A DNA stretch of 64,000 bases from Bacteroidota bacterium (GCA_018266955.1 JAFDZI010000014.1:662-64661); one strand, 5' to 3'. Counted from the stretch's first letter, positions 1 through 10,832 are shown. Program-made: numbers and translations. The notes: generated by a model not told the origin, from the sequence alone.

Positions 1-218
1 TTCAATTGCTCAACCACAGCCGTAGCAGCAGCGATTAATTTAGCTTCTTCTTCTTTTCTAGCTTCCAAAGTAGCTTCCAAAGCCGCTTTGTTTTTTGGTG
101 TAGCTAATAATGCAAATCCTTGAGGGATAAGGAAGTTTCTAGCATAACCAGGTTTTACATTTACAGTATCAAACTCAAGTCCTAAGTTTTCTACATCTTT
201 TTTTAGGATAATTTCCAT
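1..218 (-). CDS. rplI: 50S ribosomal protein L9, N-terminal part (gene runs off the window start)
   Basis: Own translation from ATG at 216-218 (minus strand): [36 protein letters not shown]..., a typical L9 N-domain. It follows rpsF-rpsR as in the conserved operon. Confidence 0.85.
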   Translation of the reverse strand, partial: MEIILKKDVENLGLEFDTVNVKPGYARNFLIPQGFALLATPKNKAALEATLEARKEEEAKLIAAATAVVEQL

Positions 219-347
219 TGTTGTTGTCTTGTTTAGATTTTAGAAGTTGATGTTTGGTACACCAACAATCCAAAACAGTTAGAATTAATTGATTGATTCA
301 GCAACAAAAAGCCAAAAGCAAGTGCTCATGGCTATTTGTAATTTTTT

Positions 348-650
348 TTACTTTAGTAAATCTGCTACATAAGGCAACATAGCCAAATGTCTTGCTCTTT
401 TAATAGCGGCAGATACTTTTCTTTGGTATTTCAAAGAAGTTCCGGTATATCTTCTAGGAAGAATTTTACCTTGCTCGTTTACAAATTGCAATAAGAAATC
501 AGCATCTTTGTAATCTACATGCTTGATACCGAATTTCTTAAATCTACAATATTTCTTTTCAGATTTTGTATTGATGTCTAGTGGTGTAAGGAATTTTACT
601 TCAGATTCTCCACCATTAGAGGCTTGTTTTGCCATATCGTCTATTGCCAT
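348..650 (-). CDS. rpsR: 30S ribosomal protein S18
   Basis: ORF track. [50 protein letters not shown] is the S18 core. Lies between rpsF and rplI. Confidence 0.95.
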   Translation of the reverse strand: MAIDDMAKQASNGGESEVKFLTPLDINTKSEKKYCRFKKFGIKHVDYKDADFLLQFVNEQGKILPRRYTGTSLKYQRKVSAAIKRARHLAMLPYVADLLK

Positions 651-677
651 GTCTTTTCTTTTTTAATGGGTTAATGA

Positions 678-1019
678 TTAAGCTTTAGCTGCTTTTAGTT
701 TTGCTCTTCTAGTTACAGCGTACTCTACAGCGTGTTTGTCCAATTTTGTAGTCAAATAACGGATTACTCTCTCGTCTCTTTTGAAAGCAAGTTCCAAATC
801 TGCTACGATAGTTCCTTCTCCTTTAAATTCGATTAAAGTGTAGAATCCATTTTTTTTCATTTGAATTGGATAAGCCAATTTCTTAAGTCCCCAATTTTCT
901 TTGGCAACGATTTCGCAATTGTTTGAAGTCAATAGATCTTCAAATTTTTTCACTGCTTCCTCCACCTGCGCGTCAGATAGAACGGGAGTTAAAATGAAAA
1001 CAGTTTCGTAGTTGTTCAT
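678..1019 (-). CDS. rpsF: 30S ribosomal protein S6
   Basis: [21 protein letters not shown]... is an S6-type N-terminus. Operon context with rpsR and rplI. Confidence 0.93.
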   Translation of the reverse strand: MNNYETVFILTPVLSDAQVEEAVKKFEDLLTSNNCEIVAKENWGLKKLAYPIQMKKNGFYTLIEFKGEGTIVADLELAFKRDERVIRYLTTKLDKHAVEYAVTRRAKLKAAKA

Positions 1020-1099
1020 AATGTTACTATTTTAGTTAAAATTTCGAGGTGCAAAGCTAGTGATATTTTAAATAATATACAAGTTTGGAGGAAATAAAA

Positions 1100-2932
1100 T
1101 TATTTTACTGTCATTTTAAATGTTTTCAGTGTTGTTTCTTTTTCATCCTTAATGTAAAGATAATATACGCCAGAAACCAATATCCCTTTCATATCGAACT
1201 TTTGAGTTTTGTTTTTTTCTAATTTTTTATTGGAAACCAATCTTCCTGCACTGTCCAAAATCTGAAGTCGGCAGTTTTTCTTTTCCAGCGTACTACCGAA
1301 TAGGGTGAAAATACCATTGTTTGGATTGTCATACAATATCAAATCCGAAACATTTTTAGTGTCGTTTACTGCCAATTCGTGTTTGGTAAATTTAGTTAGA
1401 AAACCAAATGTATTGCCTCCCGGTGCAGGTTGCAGTGTGGTATTGTAATAACCATTGGGTGTAGCAATGCCCGTCATCGCAGTAGTATATCCAAAAAGAT
1501 ACAGGTTACCAGCGTTGTCAAATGAAGTGTTGATAAACGAACCCGGAATAATCTCCGCACCACCAAAATAAGAACAATACATGAGGATGCCCGAATCTGG
1601 TCTGAATTCAGCAAAATACATATTGCCTTTGCTTGGAGGATTGGCGGGAGAAGTAAGAAATGCCCCGGGAGTTGCCATATTTTCCGAACCGTAATTAATG
1701 CTTGCGATTGCAATACTATTATCGGATAACCCCATAGTAGTAGCAGACCAATAATCTTCATCTCCATTCCCTCCAAAATAAGTTGCCCAAATCCGGTTTC
1801 CAGAAGTATCAAACTTACTGAGGTGCAAATCCCCCTCTCCTTTCATCTGAGGTTGGTAACATCCCGGTGTTGCATAGTAGCCATCGTCGCTGTTATTTGG
1901 CATCACATATCCGAGAACATAGATGCCGGATGCATTCACTCTTATTTCCCGAATATCCTCTAAAACAGCATACGACAAGTTCTGGTGTCCATAAAATGTA
2001 CCCCAAACCCGCTGTCCTGTACTGGTATCAAATTTCATTATCATATAACGGGCAGGTGATGACGGTTGAAATGTTCCTGCCGTCGTTGGAACAACAGGAC
2101 AGTTAGCAGAATATTGGGCGATAAAATAAAGCCCACCATCATCGTGAATCCGGAGTCTGGTAATACTTGAAGGAAAATAGGTGCCCCAAATTTTCTGACC
2201 ACTGCTGTTCAGTTTTACAATATAAGAATTATACCAGTTATTGCCCCCAGAAATATAATTGATCAAATGCTCCTGATACACACCCGATGTTCCAATTTCC
2301 TGTATGTCCGAACGGGTACTTCCATAGAGATAGATATTGCCGGTGGCATCCGTTACCAAACCCGTCAAATAACCATCGTCCGGATTGGGAAGATAGGTTG
2401 TCCATATTGCATTTCCAGAGGCGTTGTATTTGGTTAGCACTCGAGTATATATTGCAGATGTTTGAGAGAATGTAGCATTGGTAAACGCCGAAAGCCAGAC
2501 ATTGGATGTTGAAAGATTACTGACCAAACCTGTAATATTTTTTACCACATAGCGGTTTCCTAATTTGTCAATATGCATTAAGTGTTCTCCAGTGTTATAT
2601 ATGTCCCAGTAAGCCGAAGCCGTCAATTGTCCGCCGGTAGAAAATTCGGATGTAAAAATATTATAATTATTGCCCATTATAAACGGATTGGAATTGGAAG
2701 AAACAACAAACTGATTATAATAATTTAGATTAAAACCAGAAACAGGTCTTACCGTTCCACCTACTACCACCTTATCATTTGAATCAAAAAGTATCCCACC
2801 ATCTATATTATTACTTATTTCCTTAATATTTGTTCCCGCTCCTCCAACATAAGTTCCCCATTCCTGAGAGTAAGGAAAAGAGGATTGGGCGAAACAACTT
2901 ATCCAACTTACAAGAAGTATTGATAAAATCAT
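1100..2932 (-). CDS. secreted repeat (beta-propeller-like) protein with T9SS C-terminal sorting domain
   Basis: N-terminal signal peptide (MILSILLVSWISCFAQS). Many G/Y/N/T-rich repeats. C-terminal ~80 aa ends ...GVYYLYIKDEKETTLKTFKMTVK, typical of Por/T9SS type A sorting domains. Confidence 0.7.
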   Translation of the reverse strand: MILSILLVSWISCFAQSSFPYSQEWGTYVGGAGTNIKEISNNIDGGILFDSNDKVVVGGTVRPVSGFNLNYYNQFVVSSNSNPFIMGNNYNIFTSEFSTGGQLTASAYWDIYNTGEHLMHIDKLGNRYVVKNITGLVSNLSTSNVWLSAFTNATFSQTSAIYTRVLTKYNASGNAIWTTYLPNPDDGYLTGLVTDATGNIYLYGSTRSDIQEIGTSGVYQEHLINYISGGNNWYNSYIVKLNSSGQKIWGTYFPSSITRLRIHDDGGLYFIAQYSANCPVVPTTAGTFQPSSPARYMIMKFDTSTGQRVWGTFYGHQNLSYAVLEDIREIRVNASGIYVLGYVMPNNSDDGYYATPGCYQPQMKGEGDLHLSKFDTSGNRIWATYFGGNGDEDYWSATTMGLSDNSIAIASINYGSENMATPGAFLTSPANPPSKGNMYFAEFRPDSGILMYCSYFGGAEIIPGSFINTSFDNAGNLYLFGYTTAMTGIATPNGYYNTTLQPAPGGNTFGFLTKFTKHELAVNDTKNVSDLILYDNPNNGIFTLFGSTLEKKNCRLQILDSAGRLVSNKKLEKNKTQKFDMKGILVSGVYYLYIKDEKETTLKTFKMTVK

Positions 2933-3552
2933 TTTTTTTTGTTTTCATGTGTATATTTTTTATTGTTTTTTAAAGGTCATATGCAATCGTCCAATCTTCA
3001 TTGGTGTTGATTGCAAATTTGTTAATGGCGATTTTATAATTGGATTTTTTATTTTTGATAAAGATAATGTTTTTTTTTTGACAAATTCAAAATAAAATAT
3101 TAGATTTCTTACGAACCACATAACAATTTACCAACAACGAAGAAAATGGGTTGTAAAACCCTATTTTGCTGTGTTTATAGAAATTGGGAAAAATAATTTT
3201 ACTGAATCATAGCAAACTCATCCACCTGAAAAAAACCTCCGAAAAGGAAAAAACAAAATTCACCAAGGGATATTTACTTTTTATCTCTCAAATATTTTAC
3301 ACCATTGTTGTCCAATAAATAGCTCAAACAGATTGATAAATCCAATGCTTATAGGATCAATTGACGAGTCACTCCTCTGTAGTTTTCTTTTCGTGAATGT
3401 ATTTTTTTCTACTAACAGAAAACTCAAATCGGTCTTAATTCAGCTCCGTAGGAGCGACTTCTTAATAGAAAATAATTGTTAATAGATTTAAGTTCCGTAG
3501 GAGCGAGCTGTTAATTTTATCTTAGTTATTTTCGGAAAATAATTTCACATCT

Positions 3553-4038
3553 TTAGTTAAAATTGTTCTGGGCGAGTATATTCACTTGCTTTTCGGTAAG
3601 TCGGTACACCGTCCATTCGTTCATCGGTTGTGCGCCCAAAGATTCGTAAAAATCAATAGCAGGTTGGTTCCAGTTGAGTACGGACCATTCCATTCTGCCA
3701 CATTTTTCTTGATGAGCAATTTGGGTTAAAGCCAGTAATAACGCTTTACCATAGCCTTTTCCACGAAAGTTGGGGTCAATGAATAAATCTTCCAAGTATA
3801 AACCTTTTTTGCCTACAAAAGTAGAGTAGTTGTAAAAGTATAAGGCAAAGCCAATGATTTTTTTATCTTCTTCTGCAACCAAGGCATGGGCTAGTTTTTT
3901 ATCAAAAAGTGTTTCTTTCAGTTGTTCGGCGGTGCTTTCTACTTCGTTTTCCATTTTTTCGTACACGGCAAGTTGTACGATAAGGTCGTATATTTTATCG
4001 GAATCTTCTATAGCGGCTTTTCTTATGTTGAATGACAT
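3553..4038 (-). CDS. GNAT family N-acetyltransferase
   Basis: 161 aa. DPNFRGKGYGKALL matches the acetyl-CoA binding motif (R/Q-x-x-G-x-G/A). Confidence 0.8.
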   Translation of the reverse strand: MSFNIRKAAIEDSDKIYDLIVQLAVYEKMENEVESTAEQLKETLFDKKLAHALVAEEDKKIIGFALYFYNYSTFVGKKGLYLEDLFIDPNFRGKGYGKALLLALTQIAHQEKCGRMEWSVLNWNQPAIDFYESLGAQPMNEWTVYRLTEKQVNILAQNNFN

Positions 4039-4062
4039 GATTTTTATTTTTTTTTTACAAAT

Positions 4063-4090
4063 AAAAAAGCCTCCGAAATTAGTCGGAGGC
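4063..4090 (-). terminator. Rho-independent terminator after the acyltransferase (E2) gene
   Basis: GCCTCCGA / TCGGAGGC stem (4069-4076 / 4083-4090), followed on the minus strand by a T-run (A-run 4063-4068 on plus). Confidence 0.7.
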
Positions 4091-4100
4091 TAAGTTTTCA

Positions 4101-5414
4101 TTAGATTTCAGTTTCCAAATCCCAGTTTTGGAGATAATCGTGAACATGTTTTAGGAACATTCCTCCCAAAGATCCATCTACTACTCTGTGGTCATAAGAA
4201 TGCGACATGAACATCAGTTGTCGAATGCCAATAAGATCGCCTTCAGGGGTTTCTACCACTGCTGGTTTTTTAACAATCGCTCCAATGGCCAAAATAGCCA
4301 CCTGAGGTTGTGGTATAATAGGGGTTCCCATTAGGTTTCCGAAACTTCCCACATTGGAAATGGTGTAGGTAGCTCCTTGGGTATCTTCTGGTCTTAATTT
4401 CTTGTTTCTAGCTCGGTATGCCAAATCGTTGATGGCTTTTGCCAAACCAGAAAGAGACAATTGGTCGGCGTTTTTAATGACTGGAACTATGAGGTTTCCA
4501 TCTGGTGTAGCGGTAGCCATACCAATATTGATGTTTTTCTTTTTGATGATTTTATCTCCATCTACAGAAACATTAATCATTGGGAAATCCTGGATGGCTT
4601 TTACTACGGCTCTCACAAAGATTGGCATGAAGGTTAGTTTCTCGCCATCTCTTTTTTCCAAGATATTTTTATTTTTATTTCTCCATTTTACTACATTGGT
4701 TACATCGGTTTCTATGAAAGAAGTAACATGAGGAGATATTCTTTTGGAGTTGACCATTGCATCGGCAATAATTTTTCTCACTCTATCCATTTGGATAATT
4801 TCGTCGCCAGAACCTACCGTTACAGGAACTGGAGTAGGAGCAGGTGTTGATGCTGGAGTTGCTGTTGGAGTAGGAGCCGAAACTGGAGCTGCTGCCGGAG
4901 CAGAAGATCTGTTGGCAACAAACGCCAAAATATCTTCCTTGGTAATTCTGTTTTCTAGTCCACTACCTTTGATGGTTTTCAGTTCGGCTTCGGAGATATT
5001 TTCTTGTGCAACAATGGATTTTACCAATGGAGAAAGATATAAATCTCCAGAAAAATCCGAAACATCTACCTTTTGTAAAGGTTGTTCTAGTTCTTTTATT
5101 TCTTGAGCAGATACTTGTGGAGTAGGAGCTTCGGTTTTTGCAGTTTCAGGTACCGATGGACTTGCAGCGCCGCCTTCGGTTTCCAAAATAGCAATGGCTT
5201 CGCCCACTTTGGCTACTTCATCTTTATTTTTTAAAATCTTAACAATTTTTCCCGAAACTGGGGTCGGAACATCGGAATCTACTTTGTCGGTTGCAATTTC
5301 TACTACCGAGTCGTCCTCATTTACAGTATCACCTTCTTTAAATAGCCAGCTGATAATTGTAGCTTCCATCACCCCTTCTCCCATGGATGGGAGTAATAAT
5401 TTGTATTCTGCCAT
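4101..5414 (-). CDS. 2-oxoacid dehydrogenase E2 component (dihydrolipoamide acyltransferase), one lipoyl domain
   Basis: Lipoyl motif EIATDKV, Ala/Pro-rich linker, E3-binding segment, catalytic DHRVVDG. Start probably MAEYK at 5414; the ORF track extends to 5444. Confidence 0.85.
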   Translation of the reverse strand: MAEYKLLLPSMGEGVMEATIISWLFKEGDTVNEDDSVVEIATDKVDSDVPTPVSGKIVKILKNKDEVAKVGEAIAILETEGGAASPSVPETAKTEAPTPQVSAQEIKELEQPLQKVDVSDFSGDLYLSPLVKSIVAQENISEAELKTIKGSGLENRITKEDILAFVANRSSAPAAAPVSAPTPTATPASTPAPTPVPVTVGSGDEIIQMDRVRKIIADAMVNSKRISPHVTSFIETDVTNVVKWRNKNKNILEKRDGEKLTFMPIFVRAVVKAIQDFPMINVSVDGDKIIKKKNINIGMATATPDGNLIVPVIKNADQLSLSGLAKAINDLAYRARNKKLRPEDTQGATYTISNVGSFGNLMGTPIIPQPQVAILAIGAIVKKPAVVETPEGDLIGIRQLMFMSHSYDHRVVDGSLGGMFLKHVHDYLQNWDLETEI

Positions 5415-5472
5415 TTTTAATTTTAGATTTTCACAAAAGTACAAATTTTTTATAAAAAAGTAGGACTTATTT

Positions 5473-6303
5473 CTATTTAGAAAATTCTATATAAATTTTT
5501 TCTCCCACATCTAATCCCAGTAAGTTGCGGGCACCATTGTTGAAGCTTCCTTTATAAATGGCGATTTCTAAATAGTGTACATCATTAAATAATGCCATTT
5601 GTTTGCCATAATACTTAGGTTCATCTTGGTAGTTTTTGATACAATCGGTATAGTTTTTATAGATCTTTTTGACTTTTAAATTTCTGAATTTAATTACAAA
5701 ATCTTTATTTTTTGCACTATGGGTTTCAAATAATTCTTTGGTAATATTGGCTACAGCATTGCCGAAATGATCGATATAGATGATTTCACCCAAAATCATG
5801 TTTTGTGCTTCGGCATAGTAGGCCTTAGGAAGAGAAAGTTCTTTGGGGTCTTTGATTTTTCTACCAATTACTTCGGGAACTCCGCCGTTTATTAAATGGT
5901 TGGCAACGGGTACGAAAATATCTCTAGTAACGCATTGTACTTCATCGTCAAATCGGTTATTAATGGTGATTTCGTACACCGCAGAGGCTTGAATTTCCGG
6001 AAAAGTAATGGATAAAAGTCCATTGTCTGCTGATAAAAAATAATGACCATCAATCTCAAAAAGTAAAAATCGTCTGTCGGGATGGTATAAACTATCGATG
6101 CTGATGAGATGAATCGTCTTTTTTGGGAAATGATGGTAAGCATTTCTAATAATATAGGATGCTTGAAGTAAATTATGCGCTTGAATTTGATGACTAATAT
6201 CGACAATCGAAATTTGAGGATTTAGACTAAGGATATTGCCCTTTATTGCGGCTACTCTGTAGTCTGTGTTTCCAAAATCGGATGTGATGGTTATAATTGA
6301 CAT
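5473..6303 (-). CDS. SAM hydroxide adenosyltransferase / DUF62-family (chlorinase-fluorinase fold) protein
   Basis: N-terminus ITITSDFGNTDYRVAAIKG matches the T-D-F-G...D-x-Y-V-x-x-x-K-G signature I recall for this family. Length 276 aa fits. Confidence 0.6.
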   Translation of the reverse strand: MSIITITSDFGNTDYRVAAIKGNILSLNPQISIVDISHQIQAHNLLQASYIIRNAYHHFPKKTIHLISIDSLYHPDRRFLLFEIDGHYFLSADNGLLSITFPEIQASAVYEITINNRFDDEVQCVTRDIFVPVANHLINGGVPEVIGRKIKDPKELSLPKAYYAEAQNMILGEIIYIDHFGNAVANITKELFETHSAKNKDFVIKFRNLKVKKIYKNYTDCIKNYQDEPKYYGKQMALFNDVHYLEIAIYKGSFNNGARNLLGLDVGEKIYIEFSK

Positions 6304-6441
6304 GAAAATTCAAGTGTATTTTTGAGTTTTTGCAAAAGTAAATGAAAATTAATGGAAATAAAAAGGTTTCATAGTAAAGAATTTCCTCATAGAATTAAAA
6401 AAAAGTAATAACTTTAGAATTCAAAATTTAACACAGTTATT

Positions 6442-7401
6442 ATGTACGAATTGAACTACGAGCTAAAAGATATTGATACTAAACTTTTTTATGGGGTACA
6501 AAATCAATTTTTTAATTTAATCAAATCCTCGTTTCCAACACTAAAAATTACCGGAAGAGATCATTTTATTTTCGCTATGGGCAATCAAGAAACCCTAGAT
6601 GTCCTCAAACATAAACTGAATGATATCGTATTGTTTATTTCCAAAAATAACCAAATGACCATAAAAGATTTGGAAAGTATTTTAAAAATAAAAGATGAAT
6701 CTGAAAAACAGTTGGTTTTTGACCAAGACATAATTGTAAAAGGTGTAAATGGTAAAATCATCAAAGCTAAAACGACTAATTTGAAAAAATTGGTGAAAGA
6801 AGTAGAGAAGAAAGATATGGTATTTGCCATTGGACCTGCCGGAACAGGAAAAACTTACACTTCGGTTGCCATGGCAGCAAGAGCCTTGCGAGACAAGGAA
6901 GTGAAACGAATAATTCTTACCAGGCCAGCTGTGGAGGCTGGAGAAAGTTTAGGATTCTTGCCGGGAGATTTAAAAGAAAAGCTAGATCCTTATTTGCAGC
7001 CTTTATATGATGCGTTACGAGATATGATTCCGTTTGAAAAATTAGAAGGCTATATCGAGAAAAAAGTGATAGAAGTGGCACCTTTGGCATTTATGAGAGG
7101 GAGAACCTTGGATGAAGCTTTTGTAATTTTGGACGAAGCACAAAATACCACTCATTCTCAGATGAAAATGTTTTTGACTAGAATGGGGATGAATGCCAAA
7201 TTCATCATTACCGGAGATCCCAGCCAAGTGGATTTGCCTTTGAAACAAAAATCCGGACTCAAAGAAGCCATGAGGATACTGAAAGATGTGGACGAAGTAG
7301 GTTTTATCCATTTAACAGAAGAAGATGTAGTGCGCCATCCTGTGGTTAGGAAAATCATCAACGCATACAGTAAAGAAGAAAAAAGATTGCGAGAAGAATA
7401 A
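6442..7401 (+). CDS. phoH: PhoH-like ATPase
   Basis: Walker A GPAGTGKTY, then ILTRPAVEAGESLGFLPGDLKEKLDPYLQPLYDAL, which is characteristic of PhoH. Confidence 0.9.
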   Translation: MYELNYELKDIDTKLFYGVQNQFFNLIKSSFPTLKITGRDHFIFAMGNQETLDVLKHKLNDIVLFISKNNQMTIKDLESILKIKDESEKQLVFDQDIIVKGVNGKIIKAKTTNLKKLVKEVEKKDMVFAIGPAGTGKTYTSVAMAARALRDKEVKRIILTRPAVEAGESLGFLPGDLKEKLDPYLQPLYDALRDMIPFEKLEGYIEKKVIEVAPLAFMRGRTLDEAFVILDEAQNTTHSQMKMFLTRMGMNAKFIITGDPSQVDLPLKQKSGLKEAMRILKDVDEVGFIHLTEEDVVRHPVVRKIINAYSKEEKRLREE

Positions 7402-7655
7402 AATTTAATTCATATTTTAAAATTGGTTAAAGTTTTTATAATGCAATACATTGCTTTGTAATGGAGGTTTTAAACTAATTTGTTGTTGGATTTCCGATTG
7501 AAAACATTATTCTATTTTTGTAGCCTACTGATATACAAATGAATGGAAATTAAATTAAGGTTAAATTTTGTTTAAAAATAAATTGTTAAAAATTTGTTAA
7601 TTAAAAAAAAGTTTTTTACATTTGTTTAAGGTTTAACAAAATAAATTACAAAATC

Positions 7656-8153
7656 ATGAAAAAGTTATTATTATTAGGTGCCTTTGCACTTTTCGGATCA
7701 ATGAATGCTCAGTCTGGTTTTAAACTGGGAGCTCATGTAGGATTGCCTCTAGGAGATGCAGGTGATTTTTACTCTTTCACATTAGGTGCCGATGCTGCAT
7801 ACTTGTGGCCAGTTGCAGATAATTTTTCTGCAGGTATAGCTACAGGATATTCTGCTTGGATAGGAAAATCGGTTAATGTTCCTTATTTAGGAAGTGTTAA
7901 ATATGATACAATGAGTTTAATTCCTATTGCTGCCACAGCCAGTTATAGAATTGCAGAGAATTTTAACCTAGGTGCAGATTTGGGTTATGGTTTTATGATG
8001 GTTTCAGGGGCTAACGACGGAGGATTCTACTACCAGCCAAAAGTATCATACACCATTGGTAATGGAGAAGTGGTTCTTGGATATCAAGGTATTTCTAAAA
8101 GTGGAACTTCATTTAGTGCTATTAATTTAGGATACAATTTTTTCTTAAAATAA
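7656..8153 (+). CDS. small outer-membrane beta-barrel protein
   Basis: Signal peptide ending NAQS, alternating G/aromatic beta-strand pattern, C-terminal aromatic-rich strand (NLGYNFFLK). Confidence 0.6.
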   Translation: MKKLLLLGAFALFGSMNAQSGFKLGAHVGLPLGDAGDFYSFTLGADAAYLWPVADNFSAGIATGYSAWIGKSVNVPYLGSVKYDTMSLIPIAATASYRIAENFNLGADLGYGFMMVSGANDGGFYYQPKVSYTIGNGEVVLGYQGISKSGTSFSAINLGYNFFLK

Positions 8154-8174
8154 ACGAAAAAAAATTATTGTATT

Positions 8175-8204
8175 ACCGCTTCAATTTTTTGGAGCGGTTT
8201 TTAT
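8175..8204 (+). terminator. Rho-independent terminator
   Basis: ACCGCTTC...GGAGCGGT hairpin followed by TTTTTATTT. Confidence 0.6.
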
Positions 8205-8299
8205 TTATACTAAATCTAAACAAAGAGAATCTGATTTTCGTCATTTTTTTTAGAAAAGCCCTACTGTACCTTTGTTCTACAAAATTTAGATAAGAAATT

Positions 8300-8899
8300 A
8301 TGAAAAAATTATTCATGGCTGCAGCTATTGCAGTATGTGGTTTAGCTTCTGCTCAATCAGGATTCGAAGGAACTTCATTTATTACAGGTCAAGTGCAATA
8401 CAACCGTGTAGATAACAAAGCTGCAAACACTACAGTAGATACTTTTGCAGTATTGCCAGCGGCAGGTACTTTCATTACACCTACTATTGCAGTAGGAGGT
8501 GCTTTGGGATATCAATCAGCAATTCAAGAAAGTACTTTGGGGCCAATTACCAGCAAAACTACTGATGGAGCGTTCGTAATTATGCCATTTGTAAGAAAAT
8601 ATTGGGGACTAGGTGAGAAATTATATTTCTTCGGTCAATTAGATGTTCCTATGGCATTTGGTAAAGTTAAAAATGAAGTTACAGGATTAGGTTCTACTTC
8701 TACAAATTACTCAGCTTATGGTGTTAACATCAGACCGGGATTGGATTATTTCGTAAACAACAATTGGTCTTTCGAGGCTACTATTGGTCAGTTTGGTTAT
8801 AACACAGCTAAGCCAGAAGGTGGAAAAAGCACAGATAACTTCGGATTTGGTTTGAACTTAAGCAGCATCACTTTCGGTGTTAAATATTTATTCAAATAA
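8300..8899 (+). CDS. outer-membrane beta-barrel (porin-family) protein
   Basis: Signal peptide (ASAQS). Beta-strand periodicity. Ends in ITFGVKYLFK with a terminal aromatic-x pattern. Confidence 0.6.
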   Translation: MKKLFMAAAIAVCGLASAQSGFEGTSFITGQVQYNRVDNKAANTTVDTFAVLPAAGTFITPTIAVGGALGYQSAIQESTLGPITSKTTDGAFVIMPFVRKYWGLGEKLYFFGQLDVPMAFGKVKNEVTGLGSTSTNYSAYGVNIRPGLDYFVNNNWSFEATIGQFGYNTAKPEGGKSTDNFGFGLNLSSITFGVKYLFK

Positions 8900-8922
8900 T
8901 AATCAATGCTCTATTGATATTA

Positions 8923-8955
8923 GGATCCTGAGAAAATTTCTCAGGATTTTTTTTA
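8923..8955 (+). terminator. Rho-independent terminator
   Basis: ATCCTGAGAAA / TTTCTCAGGAT stem followed by T8. Confidence 0.75.
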
Positions 8956-8986
8956 TCCTTACTTTTGTTTTTATTTTTTGAAAATT

Positions 8987-9394
8987 ATGGATTTTAACAT
9001 ACATCATTTAGAAGAATGGCCATCGGTAGTCCAAGCGATTTTGCCAAAACTTCGACACAATATTTTAGTATTAAAAGGGAATTTGGGAGCAGGAAAAACA
9101 ACATTTACCCAATTTTTACTTCAGCAATTAGGAAGTACCGATGTGGTTTCTTCTCCTACTTATGCCATAGTAAATGAGTATTCATCGCCTAAAGGTAAAA
9201 TTTTTCACTTTGATTTGTACCGTCTCAATTCAATAGAAGAAGTATTGGATATCGGGATTGAAGAATATTTGGACTCTGCCTGTTTATCCATCATTGAATG
9301 GCCGGAAATTTACCAACAAGAACTCGACTATTTAGATTATCACGAAATGACAATTGAGAATGATGGGAGTCAAAGATTGATTCATTTTCAATAA
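8987..9394 (+). CDS. tsaE: tRNA t6A37 biosynthesis ATPase TsaE
   Basis: GNLGAGKTTFTQ P-loop, SPTYAIVNEY, HFDLYRL and IIEWPE motifs. ATG at 8987 is preferred over the TTG at 8978 used by the ORF track. Confidence 0.85.
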   Translation: MDFNIHHLEEWPSVVQAILPKLRHNILVLKGNLGAGKTTFTQFLLQQLGSTDVVSSPTYAIVNEYSSPKGKIFHFDLYRLNSIEEVLDIGIEEYLDSACLSIIEWPEIYQQELDYLDYHEMTIENDGSQRLIHFQ

Positions 9395-9562
9395 GAAACA
9401 AAAGAAATTATAATTGGGATGGATTTTAGATTATATACCTATCAAATAGAGGAAAAATAGAGAGATTACCATAATTTCCCAACAGATTATTGATTTATTT
9501 TAATTCATAAAACTAGAAACATCCGTATCTTTGTTTTTTGATAATGGATAATAGAATTTACC

Positions 9563-10756
9563 ATGAGTACAACCAATGTTTTTACCCCTTTTTCCGAAAA
9601 AGAACTCATTCCAAAAGAAGAAAAATTGGAAGTGTTGAAAAAAGGTAAAAAATTTAGTATCGGCATTCCCAAAGAAACATGTCTTAATGAAAGAAGAACT
9701 TGTATCACTCCAGATGCAGTGCAAGTTTTGGTCTGTAATGGGCATTCCATTATCATAGAGGCCGGTGCTGGAGCTGGTTCTTTCTTTACAGATATTCAGT
9801 ATTCCGAAGCAGGAGCCCAAATTGTGCAAGATGCTACTACTGCTTTTCAGCAGGATTTGGTACTCAAAATTAACCCTCCTACTTTAGAAGAAATAGAATT
9901 GCTGAAACCCAATACCTATTTGGTATCGGCGTTACAAATTAATCTTAGAGACAAAGAGTATTTCGAAAAATTAGCAATTAGTAAAGTAAATGCCATCGCA
10001 TTTGAATTCATCACCGACGAATACAAACAGCAGGCACTTGTAAGGCTAATAGGAGAGATTGCAGGAAATATTTCCATCCTTTATGCATCGGAATTATTAG
10101 CGCTCTCCAATGGACTTATGTTGGGAGGAATTACTGGAGTTAGACCAGCAGAAGTGGTTATTATTGGTGCTGGAATTGTAGGTGAGTTTGCAACAAAAGC
10201 CGCTGTAGGATTGGGTGCAAGTGTTAGGGTTTTTGATAATTCTTTATCTAAATTAAGAAGACTCCATACACTGGTGGACAACCGTGTACCTACATCCATT
10301 ATCGATCCTAAAGAATTAACCAAAAGTTTGAGAAGAGCCGATGTGGTTATAGGATGCCTTCCTCGATTGAATTTTGCGCCAATCGTAACGGAAGATATGG
10401 TGATGAAAATGAAGAAAGGATCCGTAATTATAGATGTTACCATAGACAATGGGAAGGTGATAGAAACATCCGAACTTACAACTCAAAATAATCCCTTCTT
10501 TGTAAAACATGATGTAATCCATTGTGGTTTACCTAATTTAACTTCCAAAATGCCTAGGACTACTTCCAAAGCTATTTCTAATTTCTTTCTCAGTTATTTA
10601 TTAAACTATGATGAAGAAGGTGGCTTCGAAAACATGTTGATGAAAAATAGTGAAATGAAACAATCACTTTACATGTACAAAGGCCGACACACCAAAAAAA
10701 TATTATGCGATAAATTTGGTCTGACTTACCACGACATTAATCTGTTGATATTTTAA
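9563..10756 (+). CDS. alanine dehydrogenase/PNT-family NAD(P)-dependent dehydrogenase
   Basis: N-terminal IGIPKE..ERR motif and Rossmann motif VVIIGAGIVG, as in AlaDH / transhydrogenase alpha proteins. Confidence 0.7.
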   Translation: MSTTNVFTPFSEKELIPKEEKLEVLKKGKKFSIGIPKETCLNERRTCITPDAVQVLVCNGHSIIIEAGAGAGSFFTDIQYSEAGAQIVQDATTAFQQDLVLKINPPTLEEIELLKPNTYLVSALQINLRDKEYFEKLAISKVNAIAFEFITDEYKQQALVRLIGEIAGNISILYASELLALSNGLMLGGITGVRPAEVVIIGAGIVGEFATKAAVGLGASVRVFDNSLSKLRRLHTLVDNRVPTSIIDPKELTKSLRRADVVIGCLPRLNFAPIVTEDMVMKMKKGSVIIDVTIDNGKVIETSELTTQNNPFFVKHDVIHCGLPNLTSKMPRTTSKAISNFFLSYLLNYDEEGGFENMLMKNSEMKQSLYMYKGRHTKKILCDKFGLTYHDINLLIF

Positions 10757-10832
10757 TTGAACCTCTTTATTTTTTTTTAATGAAATAATTTTATTTCATT
10801 TAATATTTTAATTTCAAAAATTATCACGCTAC

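Noticed and set aside
4744-5106. 120-aa + strand ORF rich in Gly/Ala/Val (TGTGVGAGVDAGVAVGVGAETGAAAGA)
   Set aside because: It is the antisense translation of the Ala/Pro-rich linker of the E2 gene on the minus strand.
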